DNA of 64,000 bases from assembly GCA_902632125.1 (NCBI GenBank), contig CACPBQ010000008.1, positions 24-64,023 on the forward strand, given 5' to 3'. This DNA is from Paracoccaceae bacterium (GTDB lineage Bacteria > Pseudomonadota > Alphaproteobacteria > Rhodobacterales > Rhodobacteraceae). The position numbers and the translations under genes are program-made. Positions 43,024-52,387 of the stretch are shown one piece after another. The notes below the pieces were generated by a model, which was not told where the DNA came from, made no database searches, and worked only from the letters and a program-made list of their open reading frames with translations. The stretch's first letter is position 1; every line of letters starts with the position of its first letter.

Positions 43024-44022
43024 ATGAATATCGTTACCAAAATGTTGTCAGCCGGTATTGGCCTGACCATGAGTGCAGGTATAGCTTTAGCCGAGCCCGC
43101 AATCATTTATGATCTTGGGGGTAAGTTTGACAAGTCTTTTAACGAGTCAGCGCATGCTGGTGCTAAGCGTTGGGAAGCTGAAACGGGTGGAAGTTTTAGA
43201 GAGATTGAGCTTCAAAATGAAGCCCAGCGAGAACAAGCCCTGAGACGTTTCGCAGAAGCTGGTGCAAATCCTATTGTGATGGCAGGTTTTGCTTTTGCAG
43301 ACTCGCTCAGCAAAGTAGCACCAGAATATCCAGATACAAAATTTGCTGTAATAGATGTATTCTGGTTGGGTTTACCTAACGTCCGAGAAATAGCATTCAA
43401 CGAGCATGAAGGAAGTTATTTGGTGGGTATGATGGCCGCAAAAGCTTCAAAGTCAGGGACAGTTGGATTTGTTGGAGGTATGGATATACCTTTAATTAGG
43501 CGATTTGGTTGTGGATATGCTCAAGGTGTAAAGGCCGTAAATCCAGATGCAACCATAATAGCTAATATGACCGGAACAACACCTGCTGCATGGAATGACC
43601 CAGTTAAGGGTTCAGAACTTACTAAAGCTCAAATTAGCCAAGGTGCCGATGTGGTTTATGCGGCAGCCGGAGGCACTGGTGTAGGCGTTCTACAAACAGC
43701 AGCTGATGAAGGCATTTTATCCATAGGAGTTGATGCAAACCAAAATTATCTGCACCCCGGTAAGGTTTTAACCTCAATGCTTAAGCGTGTTGATAATGCT
43801 GTTTATGAGGCGTTTCTAGCAGGAGAGAATCTTGAAACAGGAGTTGTCCAAATGGGGATTTCTAATGGTGGAGTTGGTTATGCCTTAGACGAACACAATG
43901 CTTCTCTGGTATCAGCTGAAATGAAAGCTGCTGTAGACGCTGCTGCCGCTTCGATAGCTAACGGATCAATGTCAGTACATAATTATACTGACGACGAAAC
44001 TTGCCCCGCTATTTCATTTTAA
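43024..44022 (+). CDS. BMP family ABC transporter substrate-binding protein (nucleoside/purine type)
   Basis: Signal peptide, GGKFDKSFNE, FNEHEGSYLVG, AAGGTG, GVDANQ and SMLKRVD. Confidence 0.92.
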   Translation: MNIVTKMLSAGIGLTMSAGIALAEPAIIYDLGGKFDKSFNESAHAGAKRWEAETGGSFREIELQNEAQREQALRRFAEAGANPIVMAGFAFADSLSKVAPEYPDTKFAVIDVFWLGLPNVREIAFNEHEGSYLVGMMAAKASKSGTVGFVGGMDIPLIRRFGCGYAQGVKAVNPDATIIANMTGTTPAAWNDPVKGSELTKAQISQGADVVYAAAGGTGVGVLQTAADEGILSIGVDANQNYLHPGKVLTSMLKRVDNAVYEAFLAGENLETGVVQMGISNGGVGYALDEHNASLVSAEMKAAVDAAAASIANGSMSVHNYTDDETCPAISF

Positions 44023-44042
44023 GAAATTGTAAAATAAAAGTT

Positions 44043-44072
44043 AAAAAACCGCACTAAATTGGTGCGGTTTTT
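44043..44072 (+). terminator. Intra-operon stem-loop/terminator after the BMP gene
   Basis: AAAAACCGCACTA-AAT-TGGTGCGGTTTTT. Confidence 0.75.
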
Positions 44073-44090
44073 ATATTAAGTTGAGAAAAA

Positions 44091-45629
44091 ATGACTGTGC
44101 ATCCAGCTATTGAACTTAAGGGAATTTCCAAATCTTTTGGACCAGTTCAAGCTAACAAAAATATAACTATTCGCGTAATGCCAGGAAGTATTCATGGAAT
44201 AATTGGCGAGAATGGTGCTGGAAAATCCACACTTATGTCCATTTTATATGGATTTTATAGAGCTGACGCAGGCAAAATTTTTGTTGGTGGGAAAAGTGTT
44301 TCAATACCAGATAGTCAAGCTGCTATAGCTGCGGGAATTGGAATGGTTTTTCAACATTTCAAGCTAGTTGAGAATTTTTCAGTGCTTGAGAACATTGTCC
44401 TTGGTGCAGAAAGTGGTGCACTCCTCTCACCGTCTCTGGCAAGGGCTAGAACAGAACTTTCCGCATTGGCTTCAGAATACGAATTAAATATCGATCCTGA
44501 TGCAATTATTGAAGATATCGGCGTCGGCATGCAACAAAGAGTAGAAATACTCAAAGCACTCTACAGAAAAGCTAATATCTTAATTTTAGATGAACCGACA
44601 GGTGTTCTAACACCAGCTGAGGCAGATCAACTTTTCAGAATTCTCAAGCGACTTCGTGAAGAAGGTAAGACAATCATTTTGATTACGCACAAACTACGAG
44701 AAATTATGGATATTACAGATACAGTGAGCGTAATGCGCCAGGGTGAAATGACAGCTACCTTAAAAACTAACGAAACTAATGCTGAAAATTTGGCGGAACT
44801 GATGGTTGGAAGAAAAGTTTTACTACGTGTTGATAAAACTCCTGCCGAGCCCAAACACCCAGTGCTTGAAATCAGCGAATTAAATATGATTGATGATTTT
44901 GGCGTACAGAGATTAAAAAATATTAATCTTAATGTTAGGGCGGGTGAAATACTGGGAATTGCTGGTGTTGCAGGCAATGGCCAATCCGAGCTTCTTGAAG
45001 TTTTAGGCGGTTATAGCGCTGCTACAGGTAACGTAAAATTGAATGGCGTAGAAATGGACCTATCGACCAGTATTTCTGGAGATGGCCAAGCACGACGAGC
45101 ATTAGGTATGGCCCACGTACCAGAGGATAGGCAACGGGAAGGTCTTATTATGGATTTTATGGCGTGGGAAAACGCAGTCTTCGGCTATCACCGCGAAAAA
45201 TCTAACCAGGCAAACCGATTTTTTATGGATAATAAAGCAATTCGAAAAGAAACCGCAGAGAAAATGAAGAGGTTTGACGTACGCCCACCAGATCCAAAAT
45301 TAACTGCGAAAAATTTTTCAGGAGGAAATCAACAAAAAATAGTTTTAGCCCGTGAAATTGAGCGCAATCCGGATTTGCTTCTGGTGGGGCAACCAACAAG
45401 AGGCGTTGATATTGGCGCGATCGAGTTTATTCACCAACAGATAGTTGCGTTACGTGATCAAGGTAAAGCAATTTTGCTTATATCCGTTGAGTTGGACGAA
45501 ATTTTGTCCTTGTCAGATAGATTGGTTGTTATGTTTGATGGTGAAATTATGGGAGAGCGACAACCAGCAGATACGAATGAGAAAGAGCTTGGACTTTTAA
45601 TGGCCGGCGTTTCAGAGAAGGTCGCCTAA
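44091..45629 (+). CDS. Nucleoside/sugar (CUT2) ABC transporter ATP-binding protein with two ABC domains
   Basis: GENGAGKST, LDEPT, ITHKL, FSGGNQQK and QPTRGVDIGA. Confidence 0.94.
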   Translation: MTVHPAIELKGISKSFGPVQANKNITIRVMPGSIHGIIGENGAGKSTLMSILYGFYRADAGKIFVGGKSVSIPDSQAAIAAGIGMVFQHFKLVENFSVLENIVLGAESGALLSPSLARARTELSALASEYELNIDPDAIIEDIGVGMQQRVEILKALYRKANILILDEPTGVLTPAEADQLFRILKRLREEGKTIILITHKLREIMDITDTVSVMRQGEMTATLKTNETNAENLAELMVGRKVLLRVDKTPAEPKHPVLEISELNMIDDFGVQRLKNINLNVRAGEILGIAGVAGNGQSELLEVLGGYSAATGNVKLNGVEMDLSTSISGDGQARRALGMAHVPEDRQREGLIMDFMAWENAVFGYHREKSNQANRFFMDNKAIRKETAEKMKRFDVRPPDPKLTAKNFSGGNQQKIVLAREIERNPDLLLVGQPTRGVDIGAIEFIHQQIVALRDQGKAILLISVELDEILSLSDRLVVMFDGEIMGERQPADTNEKELGLLMAGVSEKVA

Positions 45630-45672
45630 TGATGCAGACGAATACTGTAAATTGCTATAGCGGAGCATAATC

Positions 45673-46770
45673 ATGGATGTCATGCCAAAATGGGTCGATA
45701 TAATTGTCGTTCCTTTAATATCTTTATTTATCGCAGCTTTTTTGTCCGCCTTACTAATTGTAGCTATTGGTGAGAGCCCAAGAGATGCGCTTAGTCTGAT
45801 GATTGAAGGTACATTATTACGGTCTGCTGGCTGGGGATATATGCTTTACTATACTACAAACTTTATTTTTACGGGTCTAGCTGTGTCTGTCGCATTTCAT
45901 GCAGCATTATTTAATATAGGCGGTGAAGGTCAGGCCATGATGGGAGGCTTGGGAGTTGCCCTTGTGTGCTTGTTCATTCCATGGCCGCACTGGACGTTCG
46001 CTATAATTGGAGCCTCGTTTGGAGCAGCGCTTTTTGGTATGATTTGGGCAGGGTTACCTGCTTATCTACAGGCAAAAAGAGGGAGCCATATTGTTATAAC
46101 CACAATTATGTTCAATTTCCTTGCAGCAGGAGTACTAATTTTTTTCGTAGTAGACGTTTTAAAACCAAAAGGAAGCATGGATCCTGCATCAGCAAACTTT
46201 CCACCAACAACTCATCTGCCAACTTTCGAAGATCTTGCGGGCATTTTAGGATTTGAGAAAGCATTCAGGTCTGCTCCCGCAAATGTGAGTTTTTTTATTG
46301 CTCTTTTGGCATGTTTGGCAGTTTGGTATCTGATTTGGAGGTCTCCACTGGGTTATGAGATAAGGGCCTTGGGAAAATCTGGACCAGCAGCACGTTATGC
46401 TGGTGTAAGACCAGTGAAAATAATTATGATAGCAATGATGATTTCTGGTGCTTTATGCGGAATGATGGCAATTAATACTACGCAGGGAGAGAGTGAACGC
46501 CTTATTTTGAATTTTACCGAAGGCGCAGGTTTCATTGGTATTGCTGTCGCTCTGATGGGCCGAAGTCATCCCCTAGGAGTCCTACTGGCCGCACTGTTGT
46601 TTGGATTTTTGTACCAAGGAGGTGCAGAATTAGCACTCTGGACCAAAATACCGCGTGAATTAATAGTAGTCATTCAAGCTTTAGTAATACTATTCACGGG
46701 AGCCCTCAGTTTAATGGTTAGGGCACCACTCGAAAGCTTTTTTGTGTCTCTTCAAAAGGCTAAAGGATGA
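45673..46770 (+). CDS. Nucleoside ABC transporter permease
   Basis: LFNIGGEGQ, HIVITTIMFN, GYEIRA and GFIGIAVALMG. Confidence 0.92.
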   Translation: MDVMPKWVDIIVVPLISLFIAAFLSALLIVAIGESPRDALSLMIEGTLLRSAGWGYMLYYTTNFIFTGLAVSVAFHAALFNIGGEGQAMMGGLGVALVCLFIPWPHWTFAIIGASFGAALFGMIWAGLPAYLQAKRGSHIVITTIMFNFLAAGVLIFFVVDVLKPKGSMDPASANFPPTTHLPTFEDLAGILGFEKAFRSAPANVSFFIALLACLAVWYLIWRSPLGYEIRALGKSGPAARYAGVRPVKIIMIAMMISGALCGMMAINTTQGESERLILNFTEGAGFIGIAVALMGRSHPLGVLLAALLFGFLYQGGAELALWTKIPRELIVVIQALVILFTGALSLMVRAPLESFFVSLQKAKG

Positions 46771-47909
46771 TTGAATTTTTAACCCTTCTTCAAGTTTTGG
46801 ATAGCTCGCTTCGTCTTGCGACGCCATTGTTACTAGTTTGCCTCGCAGGTTTATTTTCGGAGCGCGCCGGTATTTTTGACATTGGGCTAGAAGGGAAACT
46901 TTTAGCAGCAGCTTTTGTATCTGCAGCATTTGCATCCTTAACAGGTTCAGTCTGGTTAGGTCTATCTGCAGGAATTTTAGCATCAATTATGCTTTCATTA
47001 TTACACGGACTAGCGTCTATTACACTTCGTGGAGACCAAATCATATCGGGCGTGGCTATAAATTTTCTGGCAGCTGGTCTCACTGTGGTAGTGGCTCAAG
47101 ATTTGTTTGGACAGGGCGGCCGAACACCACCTTTAAAGTCGGGCGGACGGTTCGAACCAATAAATTTTCCAGGATCCACGTCTTCAAAAGAAATCAATGA
47201 TGCGGGTCCATTAATGCAGCTCTACTCAGAACTTGTTTCCGGACACTCTCTTCTTGTTTACATCGCACTACTTACAGTGCCTTTATCATGGTTTGTACTT
47301 TACAAAACGAGATATGGACTTCGTTTACGTGCTGTTGGTGAAAATCCTGCTGCAGTTGATACAGCGGGAATATCAGTTGTAGGACTGCGGTATAGTGCAG
47401 TTATTCTCGGAGGAATTCTGTGTGGTATTGCAGGTGCGTATATCGCAACTTCCCTTCAAGCTAACTTTACAAAAGATATGTCTGCGGGGCGTGGTTTTAT
47501 TGCATTGGCGGCTCTTATTTTTGCCAAGTGGCGTCCTTGGCATGCCTTAGGCGCATGTTTGTTGTTTGGGTTTTTCTTTGCCTTGGACAATAGATTCCAA
47601 AATATATTACTCCCAGCTTGGGCCATCAGCGGTCTATTATTATTGATTGCACTAAGTTTGATTAGCTATGTTTGGAAAAAAGATTATCTAGACAAAGTTG
47701 TTCTTGGAGGCTTAGCTCTTGGCATTTTGTCTATTGCAATTATGGTCATTACTTCAGTTTCAGATAGTGGCGCGAATAGCCAAGTGAAAATTCCCGTAGT
47801 CTTTGTGCAATCACTTCCCTACGTTCTAACTGTAGTCGTTTTAGCGGGATTTGTTGGGAAGGCTATCCCTCCTAGGGCGGGTGGACAACCATACGTGAAA
47901 GAACGTTAA
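46767..47909 (+). CDS. Nucleoside ABC transporter permease
   Basis: SERAGIFDIGLEG, GLRLRAVGENP, GRGFIALAALIF and LPYVLT. Confidence 0.92.
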   Translation: MIEFLTLLQVLDSSLRLATPLLLVCLAGLFSERAGIFDIGLEGKLLAAAFVSAAFASLTGSVWLGLSAGILASIMLSLLHGLASITLRGDQIISGVAINFLAAGLTVVVAQDLFGQGGRTPPLKSGGRFEPINFPGSTSSKEINDAGPLMQLYSELVSGHSLLVYIALLTVPLSWFVLYKTRYGLRLRAVGENPAAVDTAGISVVGLRYSAVILGGILCGIAGAYIATSLQANFTKDMSAGRGFIALAALIFAKWRPWHALGACLLFGFFFALDNRFQNILLPAWAISGLLLLIALSLISYVWKKDYLDKVVLGGLALGILSIAIMVITSVSDSGANSQVKIPVVFVQSLPYVLTVVVLAGFVGKAIPPRAGGQPYVKER

Positions 47910-47998
47910 AGAAATTAGTTTTCTGGCGCGTTTGTACATTTTATATTTATATTGACTACAGAACTACCTTCTTCAACCATGGTATATTAAAGTACCAA

Positions 47999-48766
47999 CT
48001 AACGTGGTGCCATTCTTATGGCGCCGTCAAGACGTATTACCTCTCCGTTCAACATGTCATTCTCAATAATCTGAACCACTAATTTAGAAAATTCTATTGG
48101 TTTTCCTAATCGAGACGGGAATGGAACCTGTTTTCCTAGAGATTCTCGCACTTCTTCAGGCAAACTTTCTAAAAGCGGTGTCAAAAATAATCCCGGTGCA
48201 ATAGAACAGACACGAATGCCTTTATCTGAAAGATCCCGTGCCATGGGAAGTGTCATTGCAACAATACCGCCTTTGGAAGCTGAGTATGCCACCTGACCGA
48301 TCTGCCCATCAAAAGCCGCAACCGATGCAGTATTCACTATAACACCTCTAAATCCATCCTCCGAATATTCCTTATTTTTGACCATTTCAGCGGCACATGT
48401 AGAAGCTACATTAAACGAACCAAGCAAATTAATATTAATCACTTTAGCAAATAGTTCGTTTGGATGGGCTTCACCTCGTGAAACAGTTTTTGCTGCTGGA
48501 CCAATACCGGCACAATTTACTAAAATCTGAATCCCTTCATTTTGCTTCGAAAAAGATAAAACTGCTTGTCTTACAGAATTAATATCCGATACATCGACTT
48601 TGTAAAAATCGGAATTTATTTCTTTAGATATCGCAAGACCTTTATCAGCGTCTAAGTCAAAAATACCTACCTTTGCGCCCATCGAAGATAGCATACGCGA
48701 AGTTGCCTCACCCAGCCCAGAAGCGCCGCCGGTAACCACGGCTGAAATTTTTCCATTTATTTCCAT
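47999..48766 (-). CDS. SDR family 3-hydroxyacyl-CoA dehydrogenase (HSD17B10/HADH2-like)
   Basis: TGGASGLG, NCAGI, TASVAAFDGQIGQVAYSASKGG and LNGEVIRLDGAIRM. Confidence 0.9.
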   Translation of the reverse strand: MEINGKISAVVTGGASGLGEATSRMLSSMGAKVGIFDLDADKGLAISKEINSDFYKVDVSDINSVRQAVLSFSKQNEGIQILVNCAGIGPAAKTVSRGEAHPNELFAKVININLLGSFNVASTCAAEMVKNKEYSEDGFRGVIVNTASVAAFDGQIGQVAYSASKGGIVAMTLPMARDLSDKGIRVCSIAPGLFLTPLLESLPEEVRESLGKQVPFPSRLGKPIEFSKLVVQIIENDMLNGEVIRLDGAIRMAPR

Positions 48767-48879
48767 TGATCATCTCACCATATTATTCTTATTTACTATA
48801 CAAATTATTTCTTTTGGCAAAATTTAAGACGCGCTAAGTAAATCATTTATATTTGCGCCAGGATACAGAAATGACACCA

Positions 48880-49305
48880 CACAAACAACTTCCTAGGGAA
48901 GAGTTTCATACCTTTGTTGAGATGCCAACAAGATGGATGGATAACGATGCCTACGGCCATATGAACAATATTGTCCATTATGCACTAATAGACACAGCTG
49001 TTACCGACTGGCAGAGAAACCATGGCTTCTTTAATCAAGAATATAAATGTTTAGAATTTATGGTAGTTGAAAGTGGCTGTCGCTACTTTTCCGAAGCTGC
49101 GTATCCAGATAAAATAGCAGTCGGCTTAAGAATAAAAAAAATTGGCACGACATCATGGATATATCAGGCAGGGCTTTTTAGAGAAGACGAAAAACTGTGT
49201 TTTGCCCTAGGTTTTTTTGCCCAGGTTCTCGTAGATTGTAAAAATAGAAGACCCACACCTATCCCAAAGAAAATGCGTGATGCATTAAAATTAATCGAAA
49301 TTTAA
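48880..49305 (+). CDS. Acyl-CoA thioesterase (4HBT/YbgC hot-dog fold); start lies slightly upstream, at 48853 or 48871
   Basis: TRWMDNDAYGHMNN and VVESGCRYF. Confidence 0.85.
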   Translation, partial: HKQLPREEFHTFVEMPTRWMDNDAYGHMNNIVHYALIDTAVTDWQRNHGFFNQEYKCLEFMVVESGCRYFSEAAYPDKIAVGLRIKKIGTTSWIYQAGLFREDEKLCFALGFFAQVLVDCKNRRPTPIPKKMRDALKLIEI

Positions 49306-49347
49306 TCTGAAATCATGAACCGATAGCATGGTTAAAAATTGGTAACT

Positions 49348-50433
49348 TTAGAAGCTAACCACTTTTCCAGTTTCAGCCGAAACTTGTGCTGCATGCCCCA
49401 TTCTAACCGCCCAGATACCATCGTCCAATGTAACCTCTGGCGACATCTGTCCGTCAACCACAAGCATGAATTTTTGGTGCTGATAAAACGTGGAACCATT
49501 ATGATCTCCGGCTTCTAATAACTTTTCATCTACAGGCACCTCTAATTCTTTTAAGCTAGACTTATCTCTTGGGCTGATGACTATTTTTGAAATTGGGGGC
49601 GTACCAAGGTTTCTTGGCCAAAATCTGGCAGGTCCGGGAATAAAAGCTTCGATTTTGCCAGCCTCACCGGTCACTGATATTTCCTCTTGATACTTAGCCC
49701 CTTCAGCAAACATGCAAAGTTCGAGCATTGCCTTCATATTATTTTCAAACTCAACAATTACATATCCGTGGTCCCAAATATCGGGTACCAAACCTGAGTA
49801 ATTTTCTTTTAGGTGGTTAACGGCCTGCCCCCCACTTGCCATTATCTTAGTTGGGTTAGACTTTGTGATTAACCTCATCAAATCAAAAAAATGGCAACAT
49901 TTTTCAACAAATGTTCCCCCACTGTTTTTATTGAATCTGTTCCAATTATCAACTTTAGGAAGAAAGGGAAATCTATGCTCACGAATGGAAAGCATTTTGA
50001 TATCACCAGTTACATTCTTTTGCTGCCCCATGAGTTCTGCTACGGGTGGCATATATCGATATTCCATAGCCACCCAAACCGGTGCTGTATATTTAGCTAA
50101 AAAGTTTTTTATTCTCTCCAAGTGATTGATATTAGTGAATAAAGGTTTTTCCACTAAAATTGGCTTATGAGGAACACTAGCCAATTGTTCCAACTGATCC
50201 ATGTGAAGATGATTTGGCGACGCTATTAGCCAGCAATCAATGTTTTCATCAATCAGAATTCTATCAAGAGATTCATGAAACTTAACCTCTGGTGCAAGTG
50301 CTTTTGCCATTTTCCGCATATTTGGATTAGGTTCATAAATAGCATAAGTTACAGCATCATCGATTAAATTGATATTGCGTAGATGCTCCTGCCCCATCAT
50401 TCCACAACCTATAATACCATACCTTTTTTTCAT
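49348..50433 (-). CDS. sqgA: Gfo/Idh/MocA-fold oxidoreductase; probable NAD+-dependent sulfoquinovosidase (GH188, SqgA-type); probable start 50433
   Basis: GCGMMGQEH Rossmann motif, EKP, WVAMEYRYMP, REHRFPFLPKVDNWNR, EKCCHFFD and AGDHNGST; located within an SMO cluster that lacks GH31. Confidence 0.8.
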   Translation of the reverse strand: MKKRYGIIGCGMMGQEHLRNINLIDDAVTYAIYEPNPNMRKMAKALAPEVKFHESLDRILIDENIDCWLIASPNHLHMDQLEQLASVPHKPILVEKPLFTNINHLERIKNFLAKYTAPVWVAMEYRYMPPVAELMGQQKNVTGDIKMLSIREHRFPFLPKVDNWNRFNKNSGGTFVEKCCHFFDLMRLITKSNPTKIMASGGQAVNHLKENYSGLVPDIWDHGYVIVEFENNMKAMLELCMFAEGAKYQEEISVTGEAGKIEAFIPGPARFWPRNLGTPPISKIVISPRDKSSLKELEVPVDEKLLEAGDHNGSTFYQHQKFMLVVDGQMSPEVTLDDGIWAVRMGHAAQVSAETGKVVSF

Positions 50434-50440
50434 GTCGCTC

Positions 50441-51142
50441 CTAACTAATACGCGCAGTATAGCGCGCAATATTTGTGTCAATCCAACTTCGTGAAAACTC
50501 TACAGCAACTCCTGCCTGATCGTAAGCCAAACGCTCTATACAAACTGTTTCCTGTGAATTCATTATTTTAAATTCCTTAGGCGACCAAACAGGTACTGGA
50601 AGTAGGGTGGCGCTATCTTTGGCTGAAGTAATGCGTAAATTTAAGATATCTTTATAAAAAAGATAAATAGACTGTGAAATATTATCAAATTTATGCCCAT
50701 CGATTTTAGTCGAGTCTAAATTTATTTCTTCTAATACACACGGGAGATCATCTAGGAAACGTAATCGCCTTATCCTCAGGCACTGATCTGATTCTCCAAA
50801 AAATGGCGAGTTTTCTGGTTTTTTAACCAGATTGATATCTAAGTTTGTCGCTGAAGGTAAACCTCCACCATCGATAAGTTCAACTCTAAAAAACGAATAG
50901 ACAGAGTTAAATTTCGTGTTAAATTTTATATAATTACCTGAACCATGTTTACGACATAAAGCGCCCTTTTGTTCAAGGTCTTTCAAAGCTTTTCGCAGTG
51001 TTCCAACAGAAATATTAAGAGAATTAGCTAAATGTCTTTCGGGCAGTAGACGTTCTCCATCCAATAAACGACCTGCAATTATTTCTCGCATAAGCATTTC
51101 ACTAATTTGGATATAGATTGGTAAAGAAGTAGCTTCAGACAT
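50441..51142 (-). CDS. smoD: GntR/HutC (UTRA) family regulator, SmoD-like
   Basis: N-terminal wHTH (LPIYIQISE...LLPER.LA..L.IS.GTLRKAL...HGSGNY) plus UTRA domain; divergent from smoC. Confidence 0.8.
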   Translation of the reverse strand: MSEATSLPIYIQISEMLMREIIAGRLLDGERLLPERHLANSLNISVGTLRKALKDLEQKGALCRKHGSGNYIKFNTKFNSVYSFFRVELIDGGGLPSATNLDINLVKKPENSPFFGESDQCLRIRRLRFLDDLPCVLEEINLDSTKIDGHKFDNISQSIYLFYKDILNLRITSAKDSATLLPVPVWSPKEFKIMNSQETVCIERLAYDQAGVAVEFSRSWIDTNIARYTARIS

Positions 51143-51144
51143 GC

Positions 51145-51187
51145 TTTCAAAATGTAAGTAATTTCAAAATTGATACACTATTGATTT
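51145..51187. promoter_or_regulatory. Repeats in the divergent smoD/smoC promoter (candidate SmoD operator)
   Basis: ATTGAT-ACACT-ATTGAT (51169-51185) within the imperfect palindrome AAATTGATA-CAC-TATTGATTT; TTTCAAAAT occurs twice (51145, 51162). Confidence 0.4.
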
Positions 51188-51232
51188 ACATATGTTGGAA
51201 TGCTACGCAAGATTTAAGATGAGTGGGAGAGC

Positions 51233-52387
51233 ATGACGGTCGTACCAATAACATCTGCTGAGTTAATGGCCGCGGAAGTTTCGTGGTTCTCAGCTCTATG
51301 TTCCGATGATTATCAATTTTTGGGCGTTCCAGATGGAAATCTTCGCAGTTCATGGGAACATTGTAGTTCAATTGTGAAAGAAGCGGAAAACTACGGATTT
51401 CGAAATATTCTATGCCCGTCTTCTTATCAAGTTGGGCAAGACACGTTGAGCTTTGTGGCTGGCTGCGCACCAATAACAGAAAAAATTAATATGCTGGCTG
51501 CAGTAAGATGCGGTGAAATGCAACCTATTATGCTTTGCCGAACCATCGCCACCTTGGATCACATGATGAAAGGCCGACTGACAATTAATATTATTAGTTC
51601 TGATTTTCCTGGGGAAAAAGCTGAAAGTGGGTTTCGATATAAACGTTCACGAGAGGTAGTGGAAATTTTGAAACAAGCCTGGACCCAGGATGAGATTAAT
51701 TATAAAGGCGAGATTTATAATTTCTCAGGTCTGACAACTGACCCTGCAAAACCATTTCAAATTGGAGGACCACTGCTTTATTTTGGCGGATATTCTCCGC
51801 CGGCCCTTGAGTTGTGCGGACAACATTGTGACGTCTATCTGATGTGGCCTGAACCTAAAGAACAAATAATTGGGCGCATGAAATCTGTAAATGAGATTGC
51901 TGAAAAATATAGTAGAACGCTCGATTATGGTCTTCGGGTACACATGATTGTTAGAGATACTGAAACAGAGGCAAAAGAGTATGCCGAATATATAATATCA
52001 AAGTTGGAAGATGACTTTGGAAAAAAAATAAGAGAACGTGCTCAGGACAGCTCTTCGTTGGGTGTCTCACACCAAGCAAAAAATAGAGCAATTTCTGATG
52101 AATTTGGTTATGTCGAACCTCATCTTTGGACAGGGGTGGGTAGAGCAAGATCTGGATGTGGAGCTGCTATTGTTGGATCGACTGATCAAGTGATGAGTGA
52201 ACTAGAACAATATCAAAAACTAGGAATTCGTTCTTTTATCCTATCTGGTTATCCTCATCTAGATGAATGTAAACATTTTGGCTCTAAGGTCTTGCCAAAT
52301 ATAAAAACATGCTCTTTACCTCATGAATATGGACGAGTGCCCAGTAATGTACCTAAAACTCCACTTGGACTAGGAGAGCGTCGCTAA
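51233..52387 (+). CDS. smoC: Luciferase-like flavin-dependent monooxygenase; sulfoquinovose monooxygenase SmoC/SquD
   Basis: MTVVPITSA...EVSWFSALCSDDY.FLGVPDG.LRSS.EHC, LCPSSYQVGQD and LWTGVGRARSGCGAA, recalled as characteristic of Agrobacterium SmoC; SsuD-like fold; cluster context. Confidence 0.85.
   Translation: MTVVPITSAELMAAEVSWFSALCSDDYQFLGVPDGNLRSSWEHCSSIVKEAENYGFRNILCPSSYQVGQDTLSFVAGCAPITEKINMLAAVRCGEMQPIMLCRTIATLDHMMKGRLTINIISSDFPGEKAESGFRYKRSREVVEILKQAWTQDEINYKGEIYNFSGLTTDPAKPFQIGGPLLYFGGYSPPALELCGQHCDVYLMWPEPKEQIIGRMKSVNEIAEKYSRTLDYGLRVHMIVRDTETEAKEYAEYIISKLEDDFGKKIRERAQDSSSLGVSHQAKNRAISDEFGYVEPHLWTGVGRARSGCGAAIVGSTDQVMSELEQYQKLGIRSFILSGYPHLDECKHFGSKVLPNIKTCSLPHEYGRVPSNVPKTPLGLGERR

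Noticed and set aside
51233-52387. Calling the LLM enzyme a generic alkanesulfonate monooxygenase SsuD
   Set aside because: No ssuABC or ssuE is present, and the sequence and AKR/GH188/GntR context fit SmoC better.
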